Source: Eledone cirrhosa
Lineage: Eukaryota
Direction: 5' to 3'
Length of the DNA: 64,000 bases
Assembly (NCBI GenBank): GCA_964016885.1
Contig: OZ024741.1
Coordinates: 402,442,001 to 402,506,000 of the forward strand
Below are positions 53,001-64,000 of this stretch, one piece after another. The notes below the pieces were generated by a model. That model saw only the letters and a list, made by a program, of their open reading frames with translations. It made no database searches and was not told where the DNA came from. How positions within the stretch are numbered: position 1 is the stretch's first letter; each line of letters opens with the position of its first letter. The position numbers were made by a program, and so were the translations under genes.

Positions 53001-56000
53001 TTTAGCTTTTACAACTCCCGCCCTTCTTCTGATTACTGAGTTGAAGACAGTGTGTTTAGCTTTTACACCTCCCTCCCTTCTTCTGATTACTGAGTTGAAG
53101 ACAGTGAGTTTAGCTTTTACACCTCCCTCCCTTCTTCTGATTACTGAGTTGAAGACAGTGTGTTCAGCTTTTACACCTCCCTCCCTTCTGATTACTGAGT
53201 TGAAGACAGTGTGTTTAGCTTTTACACCTCCCTCCCTTCTTCTGATTACTGAGTTGAAGACAGTGTGTTTAGCTTTTACAACTCCCGCCCTTCTTCTGAT
53301 TACTGAGTTGAAGACAGTGTGTTTAGCTTTTACACCTCCCTCCCTTCTTCTGATTACTGAGTTGAAGACAGTGTGTTCAGCTTTTACACCTCCCTTCTGA
53401 TTACTGAGTTGAAGACAGTGTGTTTAGCTTTTACACCTCCCTCCCTACTTCTGATTACTGAGTTGAAGACAGTGTGTTTAGCTTTTACAACTCCCGCCCT
53501 TCTTCTGATTACTGAGTTGAAGACAGTGTGTTTAGCTTTTACACCTCCCTCCCTTCTTCTGATTACTGAGTTGAAGACAGTGTGTTTAGCTTTTACAACT
53601 CCCGCCCTTCTTCTGATTACTGAGTTGAAGACAGTGTGTTTAGCTTTTACACCTCCCTCCCTTCTTCTGATAACTGAGTTGAAGACAGTGAGTTTAGCTT
53701 TTACACCTCCCTCCCTTCTTCTGATTACTGAGTTGAAGACAGTGTGTTCAGCTTTTACACCTCCCTTCTTCTGATTACTGAGTTGAAGACAGTGTGTTTA
53801 GCTTTTACACCTCCCTCCCTTCTTCTGATTACTGAGTTGAAGACAGTGTGTTTAGCTTTTACAACTCCCGCCCTTCTTCTGATTACTGAGTTGAAGACAG
53901 TGTGTTTAGCTTTTACACCTCCCTCCCTTCTTCTGATTACTGAGTTGAAGACAGTGTGTTCAGCTTTTACACCTCCCTTCTGATTACTGAGTTGAAGACA
54001 GTGTGTTTAGCTTTTACACCTCCCTCCCTACTTCTGATTACTGAGTTGAAGACAGTGTGTTTAGCTTTTACACCTCCCTCTCTACTTCTGATTACTGAGT
54101 TGAAGACAGTGTGTTTAGCTTTTACACCTCCCTCCCTTCTGATTACTGAGTTGAAGACAGCGTGTTTAGCTTTTAAACCTCCCTCCCTTCTTCTGATTAC
54201 TGAGTTGAAGACAGTGTGTTTAGCTTTTACACCTCCCTCCCTTCTTCTGATTACTGAGTTGAAGACAGTGTGTTTAGCTGTTACACCTCCCTCGCTTCTT
54301 CTGATTACTGAGTTGAAGACAGTGTGTTTAGCTTTTACACCTCCCTCCCTTCTTCTGATTACTGAGTTGAAGACAGTGTGTTTAGTTTTTACACCTCCCT
54401 CCCTTCTTCTGATTACTGAGTTGAAGACAGTGTGTTTAGCTTTTACAACTCCCGCCCTTCTTCTGATTACTGAGTTGAAGACAGTGTGTTTAGCTTTTAC
54501 ACCTCCCTCCCTTCTTCTGATTACTGAGTTGAAGACAGTGTGTTTAGCTTTTACACCTCCCTCCCTTCTTCTGATTACTGAGTTGAAGACAGTGTGTTTA
54601 GCTTTTACAACTCCCGCCCTTCTTCTGATTACTGAGTTGAAGACAGTGTGTTTAGCTTTTACACCTCCCTCCCTTCTTCTGATTACTGAGTTGAAGACAG
54701 TGTGTTTAGCTTTTACAACTCCCGCCCTTCTTCTGATTACTGAGTTGAAGACAGTGTGTTTAGCTTTTACACCTCCCTCCCTTCTTCTGATTACTGAGTT
54801 GAAGACAGTGAGTTTAGCTTTTACACCTCCCTCCCTTCTTCTGATTACTGAGTTGAAGACAGTGTGTTCAGCTTTTACACCTCCCTCCCTTCTGATTACT
54901 GAGTTGAAGACAGTGTGTTTAGCTTTTACACCTCCCTCCCTTCTTCTGATTACTGAGTTGAAGACAGTGTGTTTAGCTTTTACAACTCCCGCCCTTCTTC
55001 TGATTACTGAGTTGAAGACAGTGTGTTTAGCTTTTACACCTCCCTCCCTTCTTCTGATTACTGAGTTGAAGACAGTGTGTTCAGCTTTTACACCTCCCTT
55101 CTGATTACTGAGTTGAAGACAGTGTGTTTAGCTTTTACACCTCCCTCCCTACTTCTGATTACTGAGTTGAAGACAGTGTGTTTAGCTTTTACACCTCCCT
55201 CTCTACTTCTGATTACTGAGTTGAAGACAGTGTGTTTAGCTTTTACACCTCCCTCCCTTCTTCTGATTACTGAGTTGAAGACAGTGTGTTTAGCTTTTAC
55301 ACCTCCCACCCTATTTCTGATTACTGAGTTGAAGACAGTGTGTTTAGCTTTTACACCTCCCTCCCTTCTTCTGATTACTGAGTTGAAGTCAGTGTGTTTA
55401 GCTTTTACACCTCCCACCCTTCTTCTGATTACTGAGTTGAAGACAGTGTGTTTAGCTGTTACACCTCCCTCCCTTCTTCTGATTACTGAGTTGAAGACAG
55501 TGTGTTTAGCTTTTACACCTCCCTCCCTTCTTCTGATTGCTGAGTTGAAGACAGTGTGTTTATCTTTTACACCTCCCTCCCTTCTTCTGATTACTGAGTT
55601 GAAAACAGTGTGTTTAGCATTTACACCTCCCTCCCTTCTTCTGATTACTGAGTTGAAGACAGTGTGTTTAGCTTTTACACCTCCCTCCCTTCTTCTGATT
55701 ACTGCGTTGAAGACAGTGTGTTTAGCTTTTACACCTCCCTCCCTTCTTCTGATTACTGAGTTGAAGACAGTGTGTTTAGCATATACACCTCCCTCCCTCC
55801 TTCTGATTACTGAGTTGAAGACAGTGTGTTTAGCTTTTACACCTCCCACCCTTCTTCTGATTACTGAGTTGAAGACAGTGTGTTTAGCTGTTACACCTCC
55901 CTCCCTTCTTCTGATTACTGAGTTGAAGACAGTGTGTTTAGCTTTTACACCTCCCTCCCTTCTTCTGATTGCTGAGTTGAAGACAGTGTGTTTATCTTTT

Positions 56001-59000
56001 ACACCTCCCTCCCTTCTTCTGATTGCTGAGTTGAAGACAGTGTGTTTATCTTTTACACCTCCCTCCCTTCTTCTGATTACTGAGTTGAAAACAGTGTGTT
56101 TAGCATTTACACCTCCCTCCCTTCTTCTGATTACTGAGTTGAAGACAGTGTGTTTAGCTTTTACACCTCCCTCCCTTCTTCTGATTACTGCGTTGAAGAC
56201 AGTGTGTTTAGCTTTTACACCTCCCTCCCTTCTTCTGATTACTGAGTTGAAGACAGTGTGTTTAGCATATACACCTCCCTCCCTCCTTCTGATTACTGAG
56301 TTGAAGACAGTGTGTTTAGCTTTTACACCTCCCTCCCTTCTGATTACTAAGTTGAAGACAGTGTGTTTAGCTTTTAAACCTCCCTCCCTTCTTCTGATTA
56401 CTGAGTTGAAGACAGTGTGTTTAGCTTTTACACCTCCCTCCCTTCTTCTGATTACTGAGTTGAAGACAGTGTGTTTAGCTTTTACAACTCCCGCCCTTCT
56501 TCTGATTACTGAGTTGAAGACAGTGTGTTTAGCTTTTACACCTCCCTCCCTTCTTCTGATTACTGAGTTGAATACAGTGTGTTTAGCTTTTACACCTCCC
56601 TCCCTTCTTCTGATTACTCAGTTGAAGACAGTGTGTTTAGCTTTTACACCTCCCTCCCTTCTTCTGATTACTCAGTTGAAGACAGTGTGTTTAGCTTTTA
56701 AACCTCCCTCCCTTTTTCTGATTACTCAGTTGAAGACAGTGTGTTTAGCTTTTACACCTCCCTCCCTTCTTCTGATTACTCAGTTGAAGACAGTGTGTTT
56801 AGCTTTTACACCTCCCTCCCTTCTTCTGATTACTGAGTTGAAGACAATGTGTTTAGCTTTTAAACCTCCCTCCCTTCTTCTGATTACTGAGTTGAAGACA
56901 GTGTGTTTAGCTTTTACACCTCCCTCCCTTCTTCTGATTACTGAGTTGAAGACAGTGTGTTTAGCTTTTACACCTCCCTCCCTTCTGATTACTGAGTTGA
57001 AGACAGTGTGTTTAGCTTTTAAACCTCCCTCCCTTCTTCTGATTACTGAGTTGAAGACAGTGTGTTTAGCTTTTACACCTCCCTCCCTTCTTCTGATTAC
57101 TGAGTTGAAGACAGTGTGTTTAGCTTTTACAACTACCGCCCTTCTTCTGATTACTGAGTTGAAGACAGTGTGTTTAGATTTTACACCTCCCTCCCTTCTT
57201 CTGATTACTGAGTTGAAGACAGTGAGTTTAGCTTTTACACCTCCCTCCCTTCTTCTGATTACTGAGTTGAAGACAGTGTGTTCAGCTTTTACACCTCCCT
57301 CCCTTCTGATTACTGAGTTGAAGACAGTGTGTTTAGCTTTTACACCTCCCCCCCTTCTTCTGATTACTGAGTTGAAGACAGTGTGTTTAGCTTTTACAAC
57401 TCCCGCCCTTCTTCTGATTACTGAGTTGAAGACAGTGTGTTTAGCTTTTACACCTACCTCCCTTCTTCTGATTACTGAGTTGAAGACAGTGTGTTCAGCT
57501 TTTACACCTCCCTTCTGATTACTGAGTTGAAGACAGTGTGTTTAGCTTTTACACCTCCCTCCCTACTTCTGATTACTGAGTTGAAGACAGTGTGTTTAGC
57601 TTTTACACCTCCCTCTCTACTTCTGATTACTGAGTTGAAGACAGTGTGTTTAGCTTTTACACCTCCCTCCCTTCTTCTGATTACTGAGTTGAAGACAGTG
57701 TGTTTAGCTTTTACACCTCCCACCCTACTTCTGATTACTGAGTTGAAGACAGTGTGTTTAGCTTTTACACCTCCCTCCCTTCTTCTGATTACTGAGTTGA
57801 AGTCAGTGTGTTTAGCTTTTACACCTCCCACCCTTCTTCTGATTACTGAGTTGAAGACAGTGTGTTTAGCTGTTACACCTCCCTCCCTTCTTCTGATTAC
57901 TGAGTTGAAGACAGTGTGTTTAGCTTTTACACCTCCCTCCCTTCTTCTGATTGCTGAGTTGAAGACAGTGTGTTTATCTTTTACACCTCACTCCCTTCTT
58001 CTGATTACTGAGTTGAAAACAGTGTGTTTAGCATTTACACCTCCCTCCCTTCTTCTGATTACTGAGTTGAAGACAGTGTGTTTAGCTTTTACACCTCCCT
58101 CCCTTCTTCTGATTACTGCGTTGAAGACAGTGTGTTTAGCTTTTACACCTCCCTCCCTTCTTCTGATTACTGAGTTGAAGACAGTGTGTTTAGCTTTTAC
58201 ACCTCCCTCCCTCCTTCTGATTACTGAGTTGAAGACAGTGTGTTTAGCTTTTACACCTCCCTCCCTTCTGATTACTGAGTTGAAGACAGTGTGTTTAGCT
58301 TTTACACCTCCCTCCCTTCTTCTGATTACTGAGTTGAAGACAGTGTGTTTAGCTTTTACACCTCCCTCCCTTCTTCTGATTACTGAGTTGAAGACAGTGT
58401 ATTTAGCTTTTACACCTCCCTCCCTACTTCTGATTGCTGAGTTGAAGACAGTGTGTTTAGCTTTTACACCTCCCTCCCTTCTTCTGATTACTGAGTTGAA
58501 GACAGTGTGTTTAGCTTTTACACCTCCCTCCCTTCTTCTGATTACTCAGTTGAAGACAGTGTGTTTAGCTTTTACACCTCCCTCCCTTCTTCTGATTACT
58601 CAGTTGAAGACAGTGTGTTTAGCTTTTACACCTCCCTCCCTTCTTCTGATTACTCAGTTGAAGACAGTGTGTTTAGCTTTTACACCTCCCTCCCTTTTTC
58701 TGATTACTCAGTTGAAGACAGTGTGTTTAGCTTTTACACCTCCCTCCCTTCTTCTGATTACTCAGTTGAAGACAGTGTGTTTAGCTTTTACACCTCCCTC
58801 CGTTCTTCTGATTACTGAGTTGAAGACAGTGTGTTTAGCTTTTACACCTCCCTCCCTTCTGATCACTGAGTTGAAGAGAGTGTGTTTAGCTTTTACACCA
58901 CCCTCCCTTCTGATTACTGAGTTGAAGACAGTGTGTTTAGCTTTTACACCTCCCTCCCTTCTTCTGATTACTGAGTTGAAGACAGTGTGTTTAGCTTTTA

Positions 59001-62000
59001 CACCTCCCTCCCTTCTTCTGATTACTGAGTTGAAGACAGTGTGTTTAGCTTTTACACCTCCCTCCCTTCTTCTGATTACTGAGTTGAAGACAGTGTGTTT
59101 AGCTTTTACACCTCCCTCCCTTCTGATCACTGAGTTGAAGACAGTGTGTTTAGCTTTTACACCTCCCTCCCTTCTGATTACTGAGTTGAAGACAGTGAGT
59201 TTATCTTTTACACCTCCCTCCCATCTTCTGATTACTTAGTTGAAGACAGTGTGTTTAGCTTTTACACCTCCCTCCCTTCTTCTGAATACTGAGTTGAAGA
59301 CTGTGTGTTTAGCTTTTACACCTCCCTCCCTTCTTCTGATTACTGAGTTGATGACTGTGTTTAGCTTTTACACCTCCCTCCCTACTTCTAATTACTGAGT
59401 TGAAGACAGTGTGTTTAGCTTTTACACCTCCCTCCCTTCTTCTGATTACTGAGTTGAAGACAGTGTGTTTAGCTTTTACACCTCCCTCCCTTCTTCTGAT
59501 TACTGAGTTGAAGACAGTGTGTTTAGCTGTTACACCTCCCTCGCTTCTTCTGATTACTGAGTTGAAGACAGTGTATTTAGCTTTTACACCTCCCTCCCTT
59601 CTTCTGATTACTGAGTTGAAGACAGTGTGTTTAGCTTTTACACCTCCCTCCCTTCTTCTGATTACTGAGTTGAAGACAGTGTGTTTAGCTGTTACACCTC
59701 CCTCGCTTCTTCTGATTACTGAGTTGAAGACAGTGTGTTTAGCTTTTACACCTCCCTCCCTTCTTCTGATTACTGAGTTGAAGACAGTGTGTTCAGCTTT
59801 TACACCTCCCTCCCTTCTGATTACTGAGTTGAAGACAGTGTGTTTAGCTTTTACACCTCCCTCCCTTCTTCTGATTACTGAGTTGAAGACAGTGTGTTCA
59901 GCTTTTACACCTCCCTCCCTTCTGATTACTGAGTTGAAGACAGTGTGTTTAGCTTTTACACCTCCCTCCCTTCTTCTGATTACTGAGTTGAAGACAGTGT
60001 GTTTAGCTTTTACAACTCCCGCCCTTCTTCTGATTACTGAGTTGAAGACAGTGTGTTTAGCTTTTACACCTCCCTCCCTTCTTCTGATTACTGAGTTGAA
60101 GACAGTGTGTTCAGCTTTTACACCTCCCTTCTGATTACTGAGTTGAAGACAGTGTGTTTAGCTTTTACACCTCCCTCCCTACTTCTGATTACTGAGTTGA
60201 AGACAGTGTGTTTAGCTTTTACACCTCCCTCTCTACTTCTGATTACTGAGTTGAAGACAGTGTGTTTAGCTTTTACACCTCCCTCCCTTCTTCTGATTAC
60301 TGAGTTGAAGACAGTGTGTTTAGCTTTTACACCTCCCACCCTATTTCTGATTACTGAGTTGAAGACAGTGTGTTTAGCTTTTACACCTCCCTCCCTTCTT
60401 CTGATTACTGAGTTGAAGTCAGTGTGTTTAGCTTTTACACCTCCCACCCTTCTTCTGATTACTGAGTTGAAGACAGTGTGTTTAGCTGTTACACCTCCCT
60501 CCCTTCTTCTGATTACTGAGTTGAAGACAGTGTGTTTAGCTTTTACACCTCCCTCCCTTCTTCTGATTGCTGAGTTGAAGACAGTGTGTTTATCTTTTAC
60601 ACCTCCCTCCCTTCTTCTGATTACTGAGTTGAAAACAGTGTGTTTAGCATTTACACCTCCCTCCCTTCTTCTGATTACTGAGTTGAAGACAGTGTGTTTA
60701 GCTTTTACACCTCTCTCCCTTCTTCTGATTACTGCGTTGAAGACAGTGTGTTTAGCTTTTACACCTCCCTCCCTTCTTCTGATTACTGAGTTGAAGACAG
60801 TGTGTTTAGCATATACACCTCCCTCCCTCCTTCTGATTACTGAGTTGAAGACAGTGTGTTTAGCTTTTACACCTCCCACCCTTCTTCTGATTACTGAGTT
60901 GAAGACAGTGTGTTTAGCTGTTACACCTCCCTCCCTTCTTCTGATTACTGAGTTGAAGACAGTGTGTTTAGCTTTTACACCTCCCTCCCTTCTTCTGATT
61001 GCTGAGTTGAAGACAGTGTGTTTATCTTTTACACCTCCCTCCCTTCTTCTGATTGCTGAGTTGAAGACAGTGTGTTTATCTTTTACACCTCCCTCCCTTC
61101 TTCTGATTACTGAGTTGAAAACAGTGTGTTTAGCATTTACACCTCCCTCCCTTCTTCTGATTACTGAGTTGAAGACAGTGTGTTTAGCTTTTACACCTCC
61201 CTCCCTTCTTCTGATTACTGCGTTGAAGACAGTGTGTTTAGCTTTTACACCTCCCTCCCTTCTTCTGATTACTGAGTTGAAGACAGTGTGTTTAGCATAT
61301 ACACCTCCCTCCCTCCTTCTGATTACTGAGTTGAAGACAGTGTGTTTAGCTTTTACACCTCCCTCCCTTCTGATTACTAAGTTGAAGACAGTGTGTTTAG
61401 CTTTTAAACCTCCCTCCCTTCTTCTGATTACTGAGTTGAAGACAGTGTGTTTAGCTTTTACACCTCCCTCCCTTCTTCTGATTACTGAGTTGAAGACAGT
61501 GTGTTTAGCTTTTACAACTCCCGCCCTTCTTCTGATTACTGAGTTGAAGACAGTGTGTTTAGCTTTTACACCTCCCTCCCTTCTTCTGATTACTGAGTTG
61601 AATACAGTGTGTTTAGCTTTTACACCTCCCTCCCTTCTTCTGATTACTCAGTTGAAGACAGTGTGTTTAGCTTTTACACCTCCCTCCCTTCTTCTGATTA
61701 CTCAGTTGAAGACAGTGTGTTTAGCTTTTAAACCTCCCTCCCTTTTTCTGATTACTCAGTTGAAGACAGTGTGTTTAGCTTTTACACCTCCCTCCCTTCT
61801 TCTGATTACTCAGTTGAAGACAGTGTGTTTAGCTTTTACACCTCCCTCCCTTCTTCTGATTACTGAGTTGAAGACAATGTGTTTAGCTTTTAAACCTCCC
61901 TCCCTTCTTCTGATTACTGAGTTGAAGACAGTGTGTTTAGCTTTTACACCTCCCTCCCTTCTTCTGATTACTGAGTTGAAGACAGTGTGTTTAGCTTTTA

Positions 62001-64000
62001 CACCTCCCTCCCTTCTGATTACTGAGTTGAAGACAGTGTGTTTAGCTTTTAAACCTCCCTCCCTTCTTCTGATTACTGAGTTGAAGACAGTGTGTTTAGC
62101 TTTTACACCTCCCTCCCTTCTTCTGATTACTGAGTTGAAGACAGTGTGTTTAGCTTTTACAACTACCGCCCTTCTTCTGATTACTGAGTTGAAGACAGTG
62201 TGTTTAGATTTTACACCTCCCTCCCTTCTTCTGATTACTGAGTTGAAGACAGTGAGTTTAGCTTTTACACCTCCCTCCCTTCTTCTGATTACTGAGTTGA
62301 AGACAGTGTGTTCAGCTTTTACACCTCCCTCCCTTCTGATTACTGAGTTGAAGACAGTGTGTTTAGCTTTTACACCTCCCCCCCTTCTTCTGATTACTGA
62401 GTTGAAGACAGTGTGTTTAGCTTTTACAACTCCCGCCCTTCTTCTGATTACTGAGTTGAAGACAGTGTGTTTAGCTTTTACACCTACCTCCCTTCTTCTG
62501 ATTACTGAGTTGAAGACAGTGTGTTCAGCTTTTACACCTCCCTTCTGATTACTGAGTTGAAGACAGTGTGTTTAGCTTTTACACCTCCCTCCCTACTTCT
62601 GATTACTGAGTTGAAGACAGTGTGTTTAGCTTTTACACCTCCCTCTCTACTTCTGATTACTGAGTTGAAGACAGTGTGTTTAGCTTTTACACCTCCCTCC
62701 CTTCTTCTGATTACTGAGTTGAAGACAGTGTGTTTAGCTTTTACACCTCCCACCCTACTTCTGATTACTGAGTTGAAGACAGTGTGTTTAGCTTTTACAC
62801 CTCCCTCCCTTCTTCTGATTACTGAGTTGAAGTCAGTGTGTTTAGCTTTTACACCTCCCACCCTTCTTCTGATTACTGAGTTGAAGACAGTGTGTTTAGC
62901 TGTTACACCTCCCTCCCTTCTTCTGATTACTGAGTTGAAGACAGTGTGTTTAGCTTTTACACCTCCCTCCCTTCTTCTGATTGCTGAGTTGAAGACAGTG
63001 TGTTTATCTTTTACACCTCACTCCCTTCTTCTGATTACTGAGTTGAAAACAGTGTGTTTAGCATTTACACCTCCCTCCCTTCTTCTGATTACTGAGTTGA
63101 AGACAGTGTGTTTAGCTTTTACACCTCCCTCCCTTCTTCTGATTACTGCGTTGAAGACAGTGTGTTTAGCTTTTACACCTCCCTCCCTTCTTCTGATTAC
63201 TGAGTTGAAGACAGTGTGTTTAGCTTTTACACCTCCCTCCCTCCTTCTGATTACTGAGTTGAAGACAGTGTGTTTAGCTTTTACACCTCCCTCCCTTCTG
63301 ATTACTGAGTTGAAGACAGTGTGTTTAGCTTTTACACCTCCCTCCCTTCTTCTGATTACTGAGTTGAAGACAGTGTGTTTAGCTTTTACACCTCCCTCCC
63401 TTCTTCTGATTACTGAGTTGAAGACAGTGTATTTAGCTTTTACACCTCCCTCCCTACTTCTGATTGCTGAGTTGAAGACAGTGTGTTTAGCTTTTACACC
63501 TCCCTCCCTTCTTCTGATTACTGAGTTGAAGACAGTGTGTTTAGCTTTTACACCTCCCTCCCTTCTTCTGATTACTCAGTTGAAGACAGTGTGTTTAGCT
63601 TTTACACCTCCCTCCCTTCTTCTGATTACTCAGTTGAAGACAGTGTGTTTAGCTTTTACACCTCCCTCCCTTCTTCTGATTACTCAGTTGAAGACAGTGT
63701 GTTTAGCTTTTACACCTCCCTCCCTTTTTCTGATTACTCAGTTGAAGACAGTGTGTTTAGCTTTTACACCTCCCTCCCTTCTTCTGATTACTCAGTTGAA
63801 GACAGTGTGTTTAGCTTTTACACCTCCCTCCGTTCTTCTGATTACTGAGTTGAAGACAGTGTGTTTAGCTTTTACACCTCCCTCCCTTCTGATCACTGAT
63901 TTGAAGAGAGTGTGTTTAGCTTTTACACCACCCTCCCTTCTGATTACTGAGTTGAAGACAGTGTGTTTAGCTTTTACACCTCCCTCCCTTCTTCTGATTA
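44029..64000. repeat. 54-bp satellite array, about 370 copies, runs off the window end
   Basis: Unit cttttacacctccctcccttcttctgattactgagttgaagacagtgtgtttag, with 51-, 50- and 47-bp variants. Confidence 0.99.

Noticed and set aside
42594-64000. CRISPR-like array
   Set aside because: Head-to-tail tandem units with no unique spacers; no cas genes; eukaryotic context

Overview
Eukaryotic, repeat-dominated window. The microsatellite load and SINE/LINE types suggest a cephalopod (Octopus-like) genome, which is an inference. The only host coding sequence I can support is one 209-bp internal exon of an ARL15-like small GTPase (37501-37709, +), so much of the window is probably intron. Positions 1-42 kb are a nested pile of mobile elements embedded in (TA)n microsatellites: five RTE-clade LINE copies from two subfamilies whose RT carries an inserted PHD-type finger, three Penelope-like (Naiad-type) coding remnants, at least seven type-I hammerhead ribozyme motifs, a Helitron 3' end, a CR1-like LINE, SINEs and a TTAA MITE. 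From 42.6 kb to the end are a 45-bp minisatellite and a >20-kb 54-bp satellite with higher-order structure. Most notable: (1) the hammerheads are followed by a short covarying hairpin shared across different Penelope-like families; (2) the 54-bp monomer matches RTE ORF2 coding sequence, with a diverged single-copy homolog 4 kb upstream; (3) two independent in-frame deletions remove the PHD finger from RTE copies; (4) a perfect 66-bp-arm palindrome. All long low-complexity ORFs (YI, poly-H/T/G, 2945 aa) are repeat artefacts.
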